64,000 nt of DNA, from positions 8,011 through 72,010 of the forward strand of contig JAPLWQ010000005.1 in the NCBI GenBank assembly GCA_026396515.1, in the 5' to 3' direction. Positions within the stretch are counted from its first letter, which is position 1; every line of letters begins with the position of its first letter. Position numbers and translations under genes: made by a program. Under the pieces are notes generated by a model. It searched no databases. It was not told the origin of the DNA and saw nothing but the letters and a program-made list of their open reading frames with translations. This document shows, in pieces, positions 50,720 to 62,050 of the stretch. This DNA comes from Candidatus Magasanikiibacteriota bacterium. Its GTDB lineage: Bacteria > Patescibacteriota > Patescibacteriia > Magasanikbacterales > GWA2-37-8.

Positions 50720-53215
50720 ATGCAGGAACGAAAATATATTCGCTGGTTCGGCGAATTAAAAATCAAGGATATTCCGCTGGTGGGCGGCAAGAACGCTTCG
50801 CTTGGCGAAATGTATTCAACTCTGACAAAAAAGGGCATTATTGTGCCAAACGGTTTTGCTATTGCAGCCGATGCGTATTGGTATTTTTTAAAGCACAACA
50901 CTCTGGATAAAAAAATAAAAGATTTGCTTAAGAATTTGGATTCAAAAAATGTCAGATTACTGCGCTTGGCCGGATTAAAAATAAGAGAATTGATTTTGGG
51001 CGGCGAAATGCCCTGGGAGATGGTGCGCGAGATTCATGGCGCATATAAGGAATTGGCAATGCGGACAGGAGAAAAAAATTTGGCGGTTGCGGTGCGTTCA
51101 AGCGCTACGGCCGAAGACCTGCCTACGGCCAGCTTTGCCGGCCAGCAGGAAACATATTTAAATGTACGCGGTGAAAAAGAGCTGGTTTTTGCCGTAAAAA
51201 AATGTCTGGCGTCGTTATTTACCGACCGGGCCATTTCTTATCGCGAGGACAAAGGTTTTGACCATTTAAGTATCGCGCTTTCTGTGGCGGTTCAGCAAAT
51301 GGTGCGTTCCGACATCGGCACGTCCGGCGTGATGTTCACTCTGGATACTGAATCCGGTTTTAAAGGGGTGGTACTTATAAACGCCACTTATGGGCTTGGT
51401 GAATATGTGGTAAAGGGCCGGGTTGTACCGGATCAATTTTATGTTTTTAAAGCCGGCGTAAAAAATGGGTATAAGGCCATTATCAGCCGACGCCTGGGAA
51501 GCAAAGAAGTGCAGCTCGTATATAATGATAAACAAGGAACAAAACAATTGCCTGTGCCGGCCGCGGAGAGGGAAAAATATTGCCTTTCTGATGAAGACGC
51601 ACTTAAATTGGCCCGTTGGGGAATAATAATTGAGGAGCACTATGGACGGCCGATGGATATTGAGTGGGCGAAAGACGGAAAAACCGGAAAAATGTATATT
51701 GTTCAAGCGCGGTCTGAAACCGTAAAATCGCAAGAGCAGGTCAACGCCATTGAAACATATCGTTTGAAAAAGAAAGGCGAAATTCTTGTCGAGGGCTTAA
51801 GTATTGGCCAAAGAATCGGCACCGGAAAAGTGCGGGTGATTGAAACGCCGAAGCAAATGCAGAGTTTTAAAAAAGGGGAAGTGCTGGTAACCAGAATTAC
51901 CGACCCGGATTGGGAACCGGTGATGCGTTTAGCCGGAGCTATTGTTACGGAGCAGGGAGGGAAAACATCGCATGCGGCGATAGTGTCTCGCGAGCTCGGC
52001 ACGCCGTGCGTAGTGGGAGCGGCCGGGGCGAGAAAAGTTCTGAAAAATCAACAGCCGGTGACGGTGTCCTGCGCCGAAGGAGAAACAGGTTTTATTTATA
52101 AGGGCATATTGCCGTTTTCAGTTGAGCGCACGGTGGTGAAGGCGCAGAAGAAAACGCGCACGAAAATCATGATGAATGTCGGCGATCCAAACGGCGCGTT
52201 TGCTTTAGCCGCTATTCCAAATGACGGGGTAGGGCTCGCGCGCGAAGAGTTTATTTTTACCGATTTCATTAAAATTCATCCTTTGGCTCTGGTTAATTTT
52301 GACAAAATAAAAGATAAAGAGGTTAAAGAAAAAATAAATAAACTAACTGTCGGGTATAAAGACAAAAAACAATATTGCGTTGATAAATTGGCTGAGGGGA
52401 TCGGCTTTATAGCCGCCGCTTTTCATCCGAATGATGTAATAGTGCGTTTATCCGATTTCAAGACCAATGAATATGCCACTTTAATAGGCGGGGCGGAATT
52501 TGAACCGCACGAAGAGAATCCGATGCTGGGCTGGCGTGGTGCGTCGCGATATTATGACCCAAAATATAAAGCCGGATTCGCTTTGGAGTGCGCGGCCATA
52601 AAAAAAGCGCGCGAGAAATGGGGGTTAAAAAATATTATTGTGATGATTCCGTTTTGCCGTACGCCAGAGGAGGGAAAACAGGTTATCGCCACGATGAAAG
52701 AATTCGGCTTGGAGCGCGGGAAAGACGGGCTTAAAATATATGTGATGTGCGAGATTCCCTCAAACGTCATTCTGGCAAAAGAATTTGCCAAGATCTTCGA
52801 CGGTTTTAGCATTGGCTCCAACGACCTAACACAGTTGACCCTTGGCGTTGACCGTGACTCATCGCTGGTGGCGCATATTTATGATGAGAATAATCCGGCG
52901 GTAAAAAAATTAATAAGCGAAGTGATTAAAGTCGCCCATAAAAATAAATGCAAGGTGGGTATCTGCGGGCAGGCGCCGAGCGATTATCCTAAGTTTGCCG
53001 AGTTTTTAGTGGGGGAGAGGGTTGATAGTATTTCGCTAAATCCTGATACGGTTTTAAAAACACGCCAGAATATTCTTGCCATGGAAAAGAGAATGTTTAA
53101 AAGAACTTCCGGCGCCGTGGTAATGTCTAAGGCGTTTGCCTTCATCGCATTCGGTCTTTTGGTTGTCGCTTCTGCGGGATACGCGTTTGAAGCGGCAAAA
53201 TCGTTTTTACCGTAA
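50720..53215 (+). CDS. ppsA: Phosphoenolpyruvate synthase
   Basis: VGGKNASLGEM, VRSSATAED, TSHAAIVSRE, FSIGSNDLTQ. Confidence 0.96.
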   Translation: MQERKYIRWFGELKIKDIPLVGGKNASLGEMYSTLTKKGIIVPNGFAIAADAYWYFLKHNTLDKKIKDLLKNLDSKNVRLLRLAGLKIRELILGGEMPWEMVREIHGAYKELAMRTGEKNLAVAVRSSATAEDLPTASFAGQQETYLNVRGEKELVFAVKKCLASLFTDRAISYREDKGFDHLSIALSVAVQQMVRSDIGTSGVMFTLDTESGFKGVVLINATYGLGEYVVKGRVVPDQFYVFKAGVKNGYKAIISRRLGSKEVQLVYNDKQGTKQLPVPAAEREKYCLSDEDALKLARWGIIIEEHYGRPMDIEWAKDGKTGKMYIVQARSETVKSQEQVNAIETYRLKKKGEILVEGLSIGQRIGTGKVRVIETPKQMQSFKKGEVLVTRITDPDWEPVMRLAGAIVTEQGGKTSHAAIVSRELGTPCVVGAAGARKVLKNQQPVTVSCAEGETGFIYKGILPFSVERTVVKAQKKTRTKIMMNVGDPNGAFALAAIPNDGVGLAREEFIFTDFIKIHPLALVNFDKIKDKEVKEKINKLTVGYKDKKQYCVDKLAEGIGFIAAAFHPNDVIVRLSDFKTNEYATLIGGAEFEPHEENPMLGWRGASRYYDPKYKAGFALECAAIKKAREKWGLKNIIVMIPFCRTPEEGKQVIATMKEFGLERGKDGLKIYVMCEIPSNVILAKEFAKIFDGFSIGSNDLTQLTLGVDRDSSLVAHIYDENNPAVKKLISEVIKVAHKNKCKVGICGQAPSDYPKFAEFLVGERVDSISLNPDTVLKTRQNILAMEKRMFKRTSGAVVMSKAFAFIAFGLLVVASAGYAFEAAKSFLP

Positions 53216-53228
53216 AAATATTTAAATT

Positions 53229-53263
53229 AAAACACCCCGGCGAAATGCCGGGGTGTTTTTTTT
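53229..53263. terminator. Bidirectional terminator
   Basis: AAAACACCCCGGC-GAAAT-GCCGGGGTGTTTTTT. Confidence 0.75.
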
Positions 53264-53341
53264 ATTCTCTGCTTCTAATCGCGAATAATTCGCGGTTAAA
53301 AGTGGGGACCGGAACAAGGTGTTCCGGATTTTCCCCGCCCA

Positions 53342-53803
53342 TTACATAAGGATGATGGTTGCCGTCTTGAAGCGGTCGATCTGCGCGATGTTCTCCGCCA
53401 CGACGTTGATATTCGGTTTGCGCCTGCTCAGGATTACGCCGATTTTTTCTTCGGGCGGGATGCCGAGCATTTCACAAGCAGTAACGAGCGCTTTCGGTAT
53501 ATCCTCGGTCTCTGCGCACATCACCAGGTGCAAGGTGTGTTTTTTGGGACCTGTCTTGTTGCAACCGAGAGTGAGCTGTTCGGACAAGATGACCCGGCCG
53601 AGCTGTACTTGCTTTTGGGTCAGGTTCAGACGAAACCGCCGGATCATGGCGTAGACGATTCCTCCTGCAATGTCGTATTCGCCTATGACCGGGATGATGG
53701 TATGGGTGTGTCTGAACATTTTGTACTCGGCCTTTTGTTCTACAGGCATGTCGGCACTTCTCCTCGTTTTCCCTATGTTAGGGTGGGTTGATTTGTTTGC
53801 CAA
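53342..53803 (-). CDS. Hypothetical protein
   Basis: ORF between a promoter-like region and a terminator; start uncertain. Confidence 0.45.
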   Translation of the reverse strand: MANKSTHPNIGKTRRSADMPVEQKAEYKMFRHTHTIIPVIGEYDIAGGIVYAMIRRFRLNLTQKQVQLGRVILSEQLTLGCNKTGPKKHTLHLVMCAETEDIPKALVTACEMLGIPPEEKIGVILSRRKPNINVVAENIAQIDRFKTATIILM

Positions 53804-53870
53804 AATGGCGAAACTAAAAAGAACTTGTGCTATATGATAGCAGATAAAAAAATTGCTGTCAACCCGGTTC

Positions 53871-55664
53871 TTATGAATTTTCCCGCCGGGTGGCGCGGAT
53901 GCGGTCGTTTTCCGTTAAATTTTGCTTTCGCAAACGGATACTCTGAGGAGTAATTTCCAGATATTCGTCCTCGGCTATAACTTCCAGCCCGCGCTCCAAG
54001 GACATTTCCTGCACAGAAGTGAGTTGTATCGCGATGTCAGCGTTGGATGAACGCATGTTTGTCAGTTTTTTCCCTTTGATCGGATTCACCGTCATATCGA
54101 TACCCTTCGATGTGTTGCCAATTACTTGTCCTTCATAAATGTCGGTATTTGCCGGGACATAAAGGGAGCCACGGTCCTGCAAATTAGCGAGCGAATAGGC
54201 GAGTGCTCTTCCGGTTTCACCGGAAATCATTGATCCGGTTGAGCGTTTTTCGATATCGCCGGCGTATGGGCGATAACCGATTACTTCGGAGCATAAAATG
54301 CCTTCACCGCGAGTGTCCACGATAAACTCATTACGGTAGCCGAGAAGACCCCGTGTGGGAATTTCATAAATTAGGCGGGTATGATTTTGTTCGGGATGCA
54401 TGGCCGCCATCCGTCCTTTGCGCTTTGACATTTTTTCTATCACTATACTTACATATTCAGCCGGCACGTCAACAGTGGCTTCTTCAAACGGTTCGTTTTT
54501 TATTCCGTCTATATCTTTTATGATTACTTGCGGTTGGGAAACCTGCAGTTCAAAACCTTCGCGGCGCATATTTTCAAGAAGAATTGCGATGTGCAGTTCG
54601 CCGCGTCCAAAAACTTTATAGTGGTCAACCGGCGAAAAATCAATTTTTAAACCGACGTTTACTTCCAGTTCTTTTTCCAGCCGCTCTCTGATTTGCCGAC
54701 TGGTGACGTATTTACCAACCTGGCCGGCAAAAGGGGAGTTATTAACTAAAAAATTCAGAGAAATAGTCGGTTCGTCTATTTTAATGGCTGGTAATGGTTC
54801 CTGGTTTTGGTCAACGCAAACAGTGTCGCCAATGTAGATGTCGGGCAAACCGGCGAGCATAACAATATCGCCGGCCACGGCCGCAGGCGCCTCCTTTTTC
54901 CCTACGCCTTCAAAAGTATAAATTTTCGTGATTTGTCCGGGAATAATTACTCCTTCCGGTTTTTTTATGAAAACGCGGGCGTTCAATTCGATTGTTCCCT
55001 GCACGACTCGTCCAATACCCATGCGGCCTAAGTAATTGTCGTAGGCCAGATTAAACGGCTGAAACGCAAATGGTTTTGAAGCGTCGGCTTCAGCCGGAGA
55101 TACTTTTTTTAAAATCGTGTCCAAAAGGGGAGTGAGATCAGTTGATTCATCAGACAGATTTATCTTGGCGATGCCTTGTTTGGCGATGGCGTAGACAGTA
55201 GCGAAATTGAGTTGTTCTTCGTTCGCGCCAAGGTCCATAAATAATTCCAGAACTTTTTCATGCGTCCACTCCGGGCGGGCGGCCGGCTTATCAATCTTAT
55301 TTATTACCACGATCGGCTTGATGCCGAGCTCCAATGATTTTTTTAAAACAAATTTTGTTTGTGGCATAGGTCCTTCCTGGGCGTCAACCACCAAAAGTAC
55401 TGAATCAATTGAGCGTAAAATGCGCTCCACCTCAGAGCCAAAATCGGCGTGGCCGGGTGTGTCCACAATATTTATCTTCGTATCCTTATAGAAAAGCGAA
55501 GCGTTTTTTGAATAGATGGTAATACCGCGCTCCAGTTCCAGGGCGTTGGAATCCATGCTGATTGAGTCATCGGTCACCATTCCGGTTTGGCGCATCAAAG
55601 CATCGGTCAGCTTTGTCTTCCCGTGGTCTACATGAGCTATAATAGCAATATTTCTAATCTCCAT
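53871..55664 (-). CDS. typA: Translational GTPase TypA/BipA
   Basis: [29 protein letters not shown]. Confidence 0.96.
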   Translation of the reverse strand: MEIRNIAIIAHVDHGKTKLTDALMRQTGMVTDDSISMDSNALELERGITIYSKNASLFYKDTKINIVDTPGHADFGSEVERILRSIDSVLLVVDAQEGPMPQTKFVLKKSLELGIKPIVVINKIDKPAARPEWTHEKVLELFMDLGANEEQLNFATVYAIAKQGIAKINLSDESTDLTPLLDTILKKVSPAEADASKPFAFQPFNLAYDNYLGRMGIGRVVQGTIELNARVFIKKPEGVIIPGQITKIYTFEGVGKKEAPAAVAGDIVMLAGLPDIYIGDTVCVDQNQEPLPAIKIDEPTISLNFLVNNSPFAGQVGKYVTSRQIRERLEKELEVNVGLKIDFSPVDHYKVFGRGELHIAILLENMRREGFELQVSQPQVIIKDIDGIKNEPFEEATVDVPAEYVSIVIEKMSKRKGRMAAMHPEQNHTRLIYEIPTRGLLGYRNEFIVDTRGEGILCSEVIGYRPYAGDIEKRSTGSMISGETGRALAYSLANLQDRGSLYVPANTDIYEGQVIGNTSKGIDMTVNPIKGKKLTNMRSSNADIAIQLTSVQEMSLERGLEVIAEDEYLEITPQSIRLRKQNLTENDRIRATRRENS

Positions 55665-55684
55665 ATTATTATATTTCGAACCTG

Positions 55685-55718
55685 CCCCGTAGTGAGCGCG
55701 GAGCGCTCTACTTCGGGG
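55685..55718. repeat. Short CCCCGTAG-ended palindromic element
   Basis: CCCCGTAGTGAGCGC-GGA-GCGCTCTACTTCGGGG. Confidence 0.6.
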
Positions 55719-55862
55719 TTTCCATAGTTATGGGTGGAACTGGGCGAGTATATATGAAAAATGGGGTTTTGTCAATGAATTAAATAATATTCTATTAAAT
55801 AATGACAAAATAGTTTGACAAATCCGCGCAAATTGGATATAATCCTGGTCGAATTGCCAAAT

Positions 55863-55936
55863 GGGTCGGTAGTTCAACTGGTTAGAGCACCTCCCTGTCA
55901 CGGAGGAAGTTGCGGGTTCGAGTCCCGTCCGACCCG
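55863..55936 (+). tRNA. tRNA-Asp(GTC)
   Basis: Cloverleaf with acceptor GGGTCGG/CCGACCC and anticodon arm CCTCC-CTGTCAC-GGAGG; TTGACA..TATAAT promoter upstream. Confidence 0.95.
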
Positions 55937-57391
55937 CAAAGTCGCAAAATCTTTATAAATGGGAGCCCTGTCCATAAAGTGATAGGGCTCTTTTAGTTTA
56001 TATGTAGCCAAATTTTGGTTTTCAATTGTCAGGTTCCAAAGTAGGTTTTCTACGACTTGGCGCTTTCCGTATTTGTCCTTATCTAAAAACGTCTTCTTAG
56101 CTTTACTGGCCGTTAAAAAGCATTCTTTGGTAAGTTCCAAAGTGGAATACTCCTCTTTCTTTTTTGATTCCATTATTTTAATTTGCTCCTCGGTAGTAAC
56201 TATCTCATTGCTTATAGCTTGTATTTTTGACTTGTAAACATCTTCCGGCGTCAATCCGTCTAAATAACTGTTTAGGAGGCGCTCCTGCTTGCCAAGCGCA
56301 ATTTTGAGCTGTTCCGAAAGATTTTTAATAGCCACCGAGGCGTATTCTTCATTTATACCAATTTTTTCTTTTGCGGCCTGATACATAATTTCGACGAGCT
56401 CCTCGTCAAATTCGATATGGCCCAAGATATCGGCCACCATATTGTCTATGACCTCCGAACGTAAATATTTCTTGTGTTGTGCACAATCGCCCTTGCCGTT
56501 CGTGCAATAATAATAGTCATGCCCCTTTTTTCTGGTGGCCGTCAAAGTACAACCGCAGACATTACAACGCATGAAACCGCGATGAGTAAAGAATTGTTTT
56601 TTTGGTCGGCTTTTGTAACGACCGGAAATAATATCTTGCACTCTATCAAAAACTTCCTTTGTGATAAGTGGCTCATGTTTGCCGGGATAATAGACACCTT
56701 TTTTCACCATCATGCCATAATAAAAAGGGCTGCTAAGAATAATGTGAATCTTTGTTTTGCCAACCTTATCGCCGCCCTTTGTACGCATACCTTTTTCGTA
56801 CATCATTTTTGAAATTTCTCGAATACCATAACCACCGGTAGCATAAAGACGAAACATCTCGACTACATGAGGAGCGAGTTCTGGATTTACTTCAACTAAA
56901 TGATTGGTTATATTATTACGATAACCAAAAGGCGCGCAATTGGGCCACTCTCCTTTTTCAAGTTTTGCTCGTATTCCACGCTTTACATTTACACTCAATT
57001 CATCGATATATTTTTTGGCTATACCAAAACCCAAATTCATCATGAAGATGTCATCTGAAGTATTGTAAAACGTTTTTTCGTGGGTGCGTATCTCGCTTAT
57101 CTTGCCCTGATCCATCTTCCATTGAATCTCTCCGCCGTCTTTCGGATTTCTGGCTATGCGGTCCAATTTCCAGGCATAAATAACACAAGGATATTTTTCG
57201 ACATAACTTAACACTTCCTTGAAAACAGGACGCCCGGGGGCTTTGGCCGACATGCTTTCAGTAAAAATCTTTTCTAACGCTACCCCGTCTCTCTCAGCAA
57301 GTCGCCTCATTTCGTTAATTTGAGAATCAATAGAAAGAACCTGTCTATCTTCGGATTCTGTGGATTTGCGACAATAGGCAATATATTTCAT
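55898..57391 (-). CDS. Large serine recombinase/integrase
   Basis: [21 protein letters not shown], recombinase domain, Zn ribbon (CNVCG..YYYC); C-terminus reads antisense into the tRNA. Confidence 0.93.
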   Translation of the reverse strand: MKYIAYCRKSTESEDRQVLSIDSQINEMRRLAERDGVALEKIFTESMSAKAPGRPVFKEVLSYVEKYPCVIYAWKLDRIARNPKDGGEIQWKMDQGKISEIRTHEKTFYNTSDDIFMMNLGFGIAKKYIDELSVNVKRGIRAKLEKGEWPNCAPFGYRNNITNHLVEVNPELAPHVVEMFRLYATGGYGIREISKMMYEKGMRTKGGDKVGKTKIHIILSSPFYYGMMVKKGVYYPGKHEPLITKEVFDRVQDIISGRYKSRPKKQFFTHRGFMRCNVCGCTLTATRKKGHDYYYCTNGKGDCAQHKKYLRSEVIDNMVADILGHIEFDEELVEIMYQAAKEKIGINEEYASVAIKNLSEQLKIALGKQERLLNSYLDGLTPEDVYKSKIQAISNEIVTTEEQIKIMESKKKEEYSTLELTKECFLTASKAKKTFLDKDKYGKRQVVENLLWNLTIENQNLATYKLKEPYHFMDRAPIYKDFATLRVGRDSNPQLPP

Positions 57392-57419
57392 AAATTTACG
57401 TTAATACGATTTCCCCATT

Positions 57420-58400
57420 TTAAACATTACCAGCAAGAAAAGCAAGAACATTTTTTCGTATCAACGGGTACTCCTTGAGATTATAACGAGTGTAATCCAT
57501 TGAACCGAGATAATGAATTGGGATATTCTGCCCTTGCTTTTCAATAGCGAAAACTGGTAGCTGCTTAACTACCGGCAAAATTAATTCGTCATAATAAGTA
57601 ATAATCGGTTTTAGCAAATCTCTCGAAGCAAAATATAACTTTTGACCTTTTTCAAGCTTTGAGCACCCAAATCCTTTATAGATATATTTGCTAATATAGC
57701 GACCAGTATTCTGAGCACTAGCAACGGCCTCGACGTGGAATATATGGGGCCAGATTTTTTTAATCTCATCGATTATACGATCGATGTAGGGCAGGTTAAA
57801 TATAATAATATGAAAATGTACGGCTCCGCGTTTCTGAAATTCAATAACCGCGACATATTTGAGTTCACTACTTTTTTTGCCCCACGCAAGATAATTCAAG
57901 CGGCGAACAAATTTTGTAAATTCGTAATTAGCGGCAGTAACATCAATTAAATTATGAGCAAAAGTCAGGGTTAAAAATACTGGACGGTACAGCCGACCGC
58001 TCTCGTCTTTCCACGCAAAAGCATTGCAATTGATATGATCAATTAGCTTATTACGAGCGCGACGAGACGAAGCTTCCTTAATTTCTTCTTCTGTTAGCCT
58101 TGGCTTTTCATTTAAGTAATCACTCTTAACAAAATTAGTTTTAATCCTCGAACCAACACCGAAATTTTTTTCATACTCACGATACTCTATGATGTTTCCG
58201 CAAATTTTTAATTTTTTGTTAGCATAATAACGATAATCGACCTCTTTCTTATCGACAAACTCCTGCTTCTCCAAAAGCTTAGATACTTCAGGGTCAGATT
58301 CTCCAGAATTATCGGGAATCAAAGGATCGCGATAATGCCGAATTGTTTTAGATATTTTCTTTATGTATGCTGGCTTGGTTTTCATATCATTTCTAATCAA
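57420..58400 (-). CDS. Rolling-circle replication initiator (HUH Rep)
   Basis: Motif I FLTLTF, motif II EFQKRGAVHFHI, motif III YISKY. Confidence 0.85.
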   Translation of the reverse strand: MIRNDMKTKPAYIKKISKTIRHYRDPLIPDNSGESDPEVSKLLEKQEFVDKKEVDYRYYANKKLKICGNIIEYREYEKNFGVGSRIKTNFVKSDYLNEKPRLTEEEIKEASSRRARNKLIDHINCNAFAWKDESGRLYRPVFLTLTFAHNLIDVTAANYEFTKFVRRLNYLAWGKKSSELKYVAVIEFQKRGAVHFHIIIFNLPYIDRIIDEIKKIWPHIFHVEAVASAQNTGRYISKYIYKGFGCSKLEKGQKLYFASRDLLKPIITYYDELILPVVKQLPVFAIEKQGQNIPIHYLGSMDYTRYNLKEYPLIRKNVLAFLAGNV

Positions 58401-58675
58401 GTGTTAGGTAAGTCAAGAGTAACTACCGCCGACCCCTCCCCAAACGCTCGTTCCGGCCCCTGCGGGGCACGGAACGCACCGTTTGGGGTACGGCCGAGGT
58501 GCTCCGCTAATGACGCGGGACATTCAAATTCCGCGCCATTGACGCCGAAAGTCCTGTAGAGGGAGGCCAACTCAAGCAAGTACACTTCGGCCTGCTCAGC
58601 AGTAAGACAAACGCCGTGCCTATTACCCCAATAGCTTATTAGTCGTTCCGTAAGTTGTTGACTGAAATTAAACAT
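58397..58675 (-). CDS. Small hypothetical protein overlapping the Rep start
   Basis: ATGA-type overlap; GC-rich 3' half may instead be an origin structure. Confidence 0.4.
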   Translation of the reverse strand: MFNFSQQLTERLISYWGNRHGVCLTAEQAEVYLLELASLYRTFGVNGAEFECPASLAEHLGRTPNGAFRAPQGPERAFGEGSAVVTLDLPNT

Positions 58676-58748
58676 AAAAAAAGCCCTACATTATTTTGTA
58701 GAACTATTTTATATTTTTGCCCTTGAGAAACCTTTACCTAAAATTTAC

Positions 58749-59603
58749 CTAATAAGCGGATATGTATTTTGAATTTACCTTAACCCAGCCATTCTTGCCT
58801 GTTGAAAAATCAAGAAAATCATCAATTTTAAGCGCGGTATTCTTGCGAATCTTATCGTTAATTGATCTGCAGGCAGTTAAACAACTGGTACATTTATAAT
58901 CGTTTTCATCGACCTTAAACGCACTTACCGATATATCATAATAATTGGTTTGTTGGTAAGGACCATTAGAAATCAAATACTCGAATAGCATGGCCTGTTT
59001 GGTCGCGCTTCTCAATTTAGAAATCTTTACTCTTTCATTGCCTATAGATAATATTTTTGTCTCTTCGTTGTAGCTCCATTGGTTACTGGGAATTCCCTCG
59101 CTTTCTTTTTGTCCAACATCATCGTTGGCGCCATCTACTTGACTAAACTCCAACTTGTTCAAAAAGGACATAATTTTATTATGAACCACCATGAAATCGT
59201 CTATGTGCAATTGTTTGCGGTATGGGGCTAAAGGAATTTCTAAATCGATAGGACGTATGGGCAGCTGCATTACGATGTCATTTTTGGGGTCGTCCATTAT
59301 TCTTTTCAGGGCCTCAAAGTATCCGTAATTAAACCAAATATTAGTCATCAGATTACGCTGATGCAAAATATGCATTTGTTCTTTAGAAATCTTTTTAGTA
59401 TTGTAATCCTCAAGCATCTTCGAATGAAGTTTATCATATTTGCTGCCCTCATTTTTTAGCATTTCTTTAATCTCCGGCTGCTTTTCGATAATACTCACAT
59501 AATCGTAAAAGACATGGAACATGTCGAAAATATTGTCATTTATAGAATGCAACTGTTTTACGAGTCGCTCAAGCTCAATTTTGAACAAAATGATATTTGA
59601 CAT
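58749..59603 (-). CDS. Hypothetical protein, possible C-terminal winged helix
   Basis: 284-aa ORF inside the island. Confidence 0.55.
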   Translation of the reverse strand: MSNIILFKIELERLVKQLHSINDNIFDMFHVFYDYVSIIEKQPEIKEMLKNEGSKYDKLHSKMLEDYNTKKISKEQMHILHQRNLMTNIWFNYGYFEALKRIMDDPKNDIVMQLPIRPIDLEIPLAPYRKQLHIDDFMVVHNKIMSFLNKLEFSQVDGANDDVGQKESEGIPSNQWSYNEETKILSIGNERVKISKLRSATKQAMLFEYLISNGPYQQTNYYDISVSAFKVDENDYKCTSCLTACRSINDKIRKNTALKIDDFLDFSTGKNGWVKVNSKYISAY

Positions 59604-59686
59604 ATTGGCTTAATCTAAACAAAATAACTGAAATATGTCAACATTGCGAAATAAAGCGAAAAAGGCTATAATTTATATAATTTAAT

Positions 59687-60907
59687 ATGTACAAAAGAAC
59701 GCGAAAGCCCGAACTTTCATACCCGGGCGAAAAACTTATCAGGGGTCGACACAAAATTCACCCTTATCCGGCCATGCTCCACCCCCTTCTTGTTGATTAC
59801 CTTCTTCATAAATACGGAAAGAAGGGAAATGTTGTATTTGACCCATTTTGTGGAAGCGGTGTTACTTTGTTTGAGTCGGCAGTCCATGGGCACGCGTCAG
59901 TCGGCTTCGAAATTAACCCCCTAGCCTTATTAATAGCAAAAACAAAAGTAGAACATTACGATATAGCTCGATTGAAATCCGAATATGCTGACTTTAAAAA
60001 AACGATCTTAAACGGAAAAAAAATCGATGTCCCCCAAATTAATAATATCGATTATTGGTACACAAGAGATATTATCAAAGATTTAGGGAAAATTAGAGAA
60101 GTATTAAAACGAAAGAAGTACAAATATAAAGATTTTTTTATTACAAATTTTGCCTATATTTGCAGAAAACAATCGTTAACGCGCGCTGGAGAATTCAAAA
60201 GATATAGAATTAAAAAGGAAAAAATCGACTCATTTCAAAACAAGGTATTTGAAATGTTATTTAGTCGTATTGAAGAAATGATTGAAATTTATTCAAAAAC
60301 TGACAAACCGCTAAAGCGGTCGAAACTAGTACTGGCAAATTCGGAAAACCCCATTGCCAAGAACATCAAATACGATTTAGTAATCACCTCGCCACCATAC
60401 GGCGATAGCCGGACCACCGTTGCTTACGGCGAATTCTCAAGCTTTGGGGCCGATTGGGTTAGCGACTTAAATCCATACGGAATCAATAAATACAGAGTCG
60501 ACAAAGAAAGCCTTGGAAAAATTAGTGTCGTAAATGGTGAGCTTTCTAAAAATTCAATCTTAAACAACGTGCTAAATAAAATTGCCGCTCAAGACAAGAA
60601 GCGAGCCGACGACGTATTGTATTTCTATAACGGCTACTACAACGCTGTTAAAAATGTTGTGAAAAATCTCAATAAAGATGGAACCGCTTGCTTTATCGTT
60701 GGTAATCGTACCGTAAAAGGTATCAATATACCCATGGACCAAATAACAGCATCATTTCTAGAGGACATGAAGCTAAAATTTGATGGCATTTATGTTAGAG
60801 ACATATTAAACAAAATCATGCCGTCAAAGAACTCGCCTTCAAATATAACCGGGATAAAGTCGCAGACTATGCTTCATGAATATATAGTAATTTTTCATAA
60901 AAATTAA
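59687..60907 (+). CDS. N4-cytosine DNA methyltransferase (alpha class)
   Basis: HPYPA, DPFCGSG before TSPPYGD. Confidence 0.88.
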   Translation: MYKRTRKPELSYPGEKLIRGRHKIHPYPAMLHPLLVDYLLHKYGKKGNVVFDPFCGSGVTLFESAVHGHASVGFEINPLALLIAKTKVEHYDIARLKSEYADFKKTILNGKKIDVPQINNIDYWYTRDIIKDLGKIREVLKRKKYKYKDFFITNFAYICRKQSLTRAGEFKRYRIKKEKIDSFQNKVFEMLFSRIEEMIEIYSKTDKPLKRSKLVLANSENPIAKNIKYDLVITSPPYGDSRTTVAYGEFSSFGADWVSDLNPYGINKYRVDKESLGKISVVNGELSKNSILNNVLNKIAAQDKKRADDVLYFYNGYYNAVKNVVKNLNKDGTACFIVGNRTVKGINIPMDQITASFLEDMKLKFDGIYVRDILNKIMPSKNSPSNITGIKSQTMLHEYIVIFHKN

Positions 60908-60909
60908 AT

Positions 60910-61608
60910 ATGCCAGTACCAGAACTACGAGATATTATTAGAAAACTGTCAATAATTAAACACAGGGGATATATACAGAGTTTAAGAAGGGGCCCGACAG
61001 GTATCGGATTTACTCTAGAAACACTATTAGATATCGAGGAAAATAACATAAGTGCTCCAGATTTAGGAACCATCGAACTAAAAGCCCAACGAGAGAACCA
61101 CGCAGGCATGACAACACTATTTACATTTAATAATAAAGCGTGGCAAATTAATCCGTTAGAGGCAATTAGAAGATATGGTAGCCCCGATAAAGACGGTAGA
61201 ATGGGTATGTACTATACAATGAGTGCGGTACCCAATAGCGCGGGTTTGTTATTAGTGATTGATGACGAACTTGTGTCGATCAGACATATAGACGGCACTA
61301 TTATTGCGACATGGAAACTAGCCGACATTGAAAAGCGCTTCGATGCCAAAGTTAAAAACGTTTTATTAGTTAAAGCAAAAACGGAGGAAAGGGACGGGGT
61401 CGAATATTTTCTTTATGACCGCGCTCGTCTTTTATCCGGCGGAACAACAAAAAATATTCTAAAAAGTCAATTTGAAAATGGCCAATTGCTTATTGACCTT
61501 AGGCTACACGACAAAGGGACCACGGCCAGAAATCACGGAACAGGCTTCCGTGTATATGAAAGCAACTTAGAAAACCTTTACGAACGTATAGAAGAAATTG
61601 ATTTTTAA
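60910..61608 (+). CDS. MvaI/BcnI-family restriction endonuclease
   Basis: GIGFTLE.LL.I.ENN...PD...IELK, TLFT, RNHGTGFR. Confidence 0.85.
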   Translation: MPVPELRDIIRKLSIIKHRGYIQSLRRGPTGIGFTLETLLDIEENNISAPDLGTIELKAQRENHAGMTTLFTFNNKAWQINPLEAIRRYGSPDKDGRMGMYYTMSAVPNSAGLLLVIDDELVSIRHIDGTIIATWKLADIEKRFDAKVKNVLLVKAKTEERDGVEYFLYDRARLLSGGTTKNILKSQFENGQLLIDLRLHDKGTTARNHGTGFRVYESNLENLYERIEEIDF

Positions 61609-61681
61609 TATCCGGATGCATCAAAATAAATTAAGACACCTCAAAATATGAGGTGTCTTAATCGTTCAAAAAAAACTGCGC

Positions 61682-62050
61682 TTAATTGCCATGTGGCTTT
61701 TTCGATGAAATCACATAACCCTCATAAATCATATTGCCATTAATCTTTCTATCTTTAATTTCGGCTCCGCTCCCGATGTCGAGCAACCCAACTATAAGGT
61801 GTTCATCGATCGGTAATATGCCGACTCTAGCAATAGTATTTAGCTCTTCGTCGGTAAAGTACTTCTTCATTAGAGCCAAAAAACTAGTAAATATATCTCC
61901 ACTGTTTTTTTCGTTCACCCAGCTCGCTGACAAAATAATAGACCATTTATCTATAAGCTCATCCATTTTCATGATAGCCAAAACATTAACACTGTTTTTC
62001 TGTGCTTTTTCAAAGTCAACTAAAATTGATTGTAACTTCTTGTCTAGCAT
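61682..62050 (-). CDS. Hypothetical protein coupled to the HEPN gene
   Basis: Overlaps the HEPN stop; KWSIILSASW. Confidence 0.55.
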   Translation of the reverse strand: MLDKKLQSILVDFEKAQKNSVNVLAIMKMDELIDKWSIILSASWVNEKNSGDIFTSFLALMKKYFTDEELNTIARVGILPIDEHLIVGLLDIGSGAEIKDRKINGNMIYEGYVISSKKPHGN

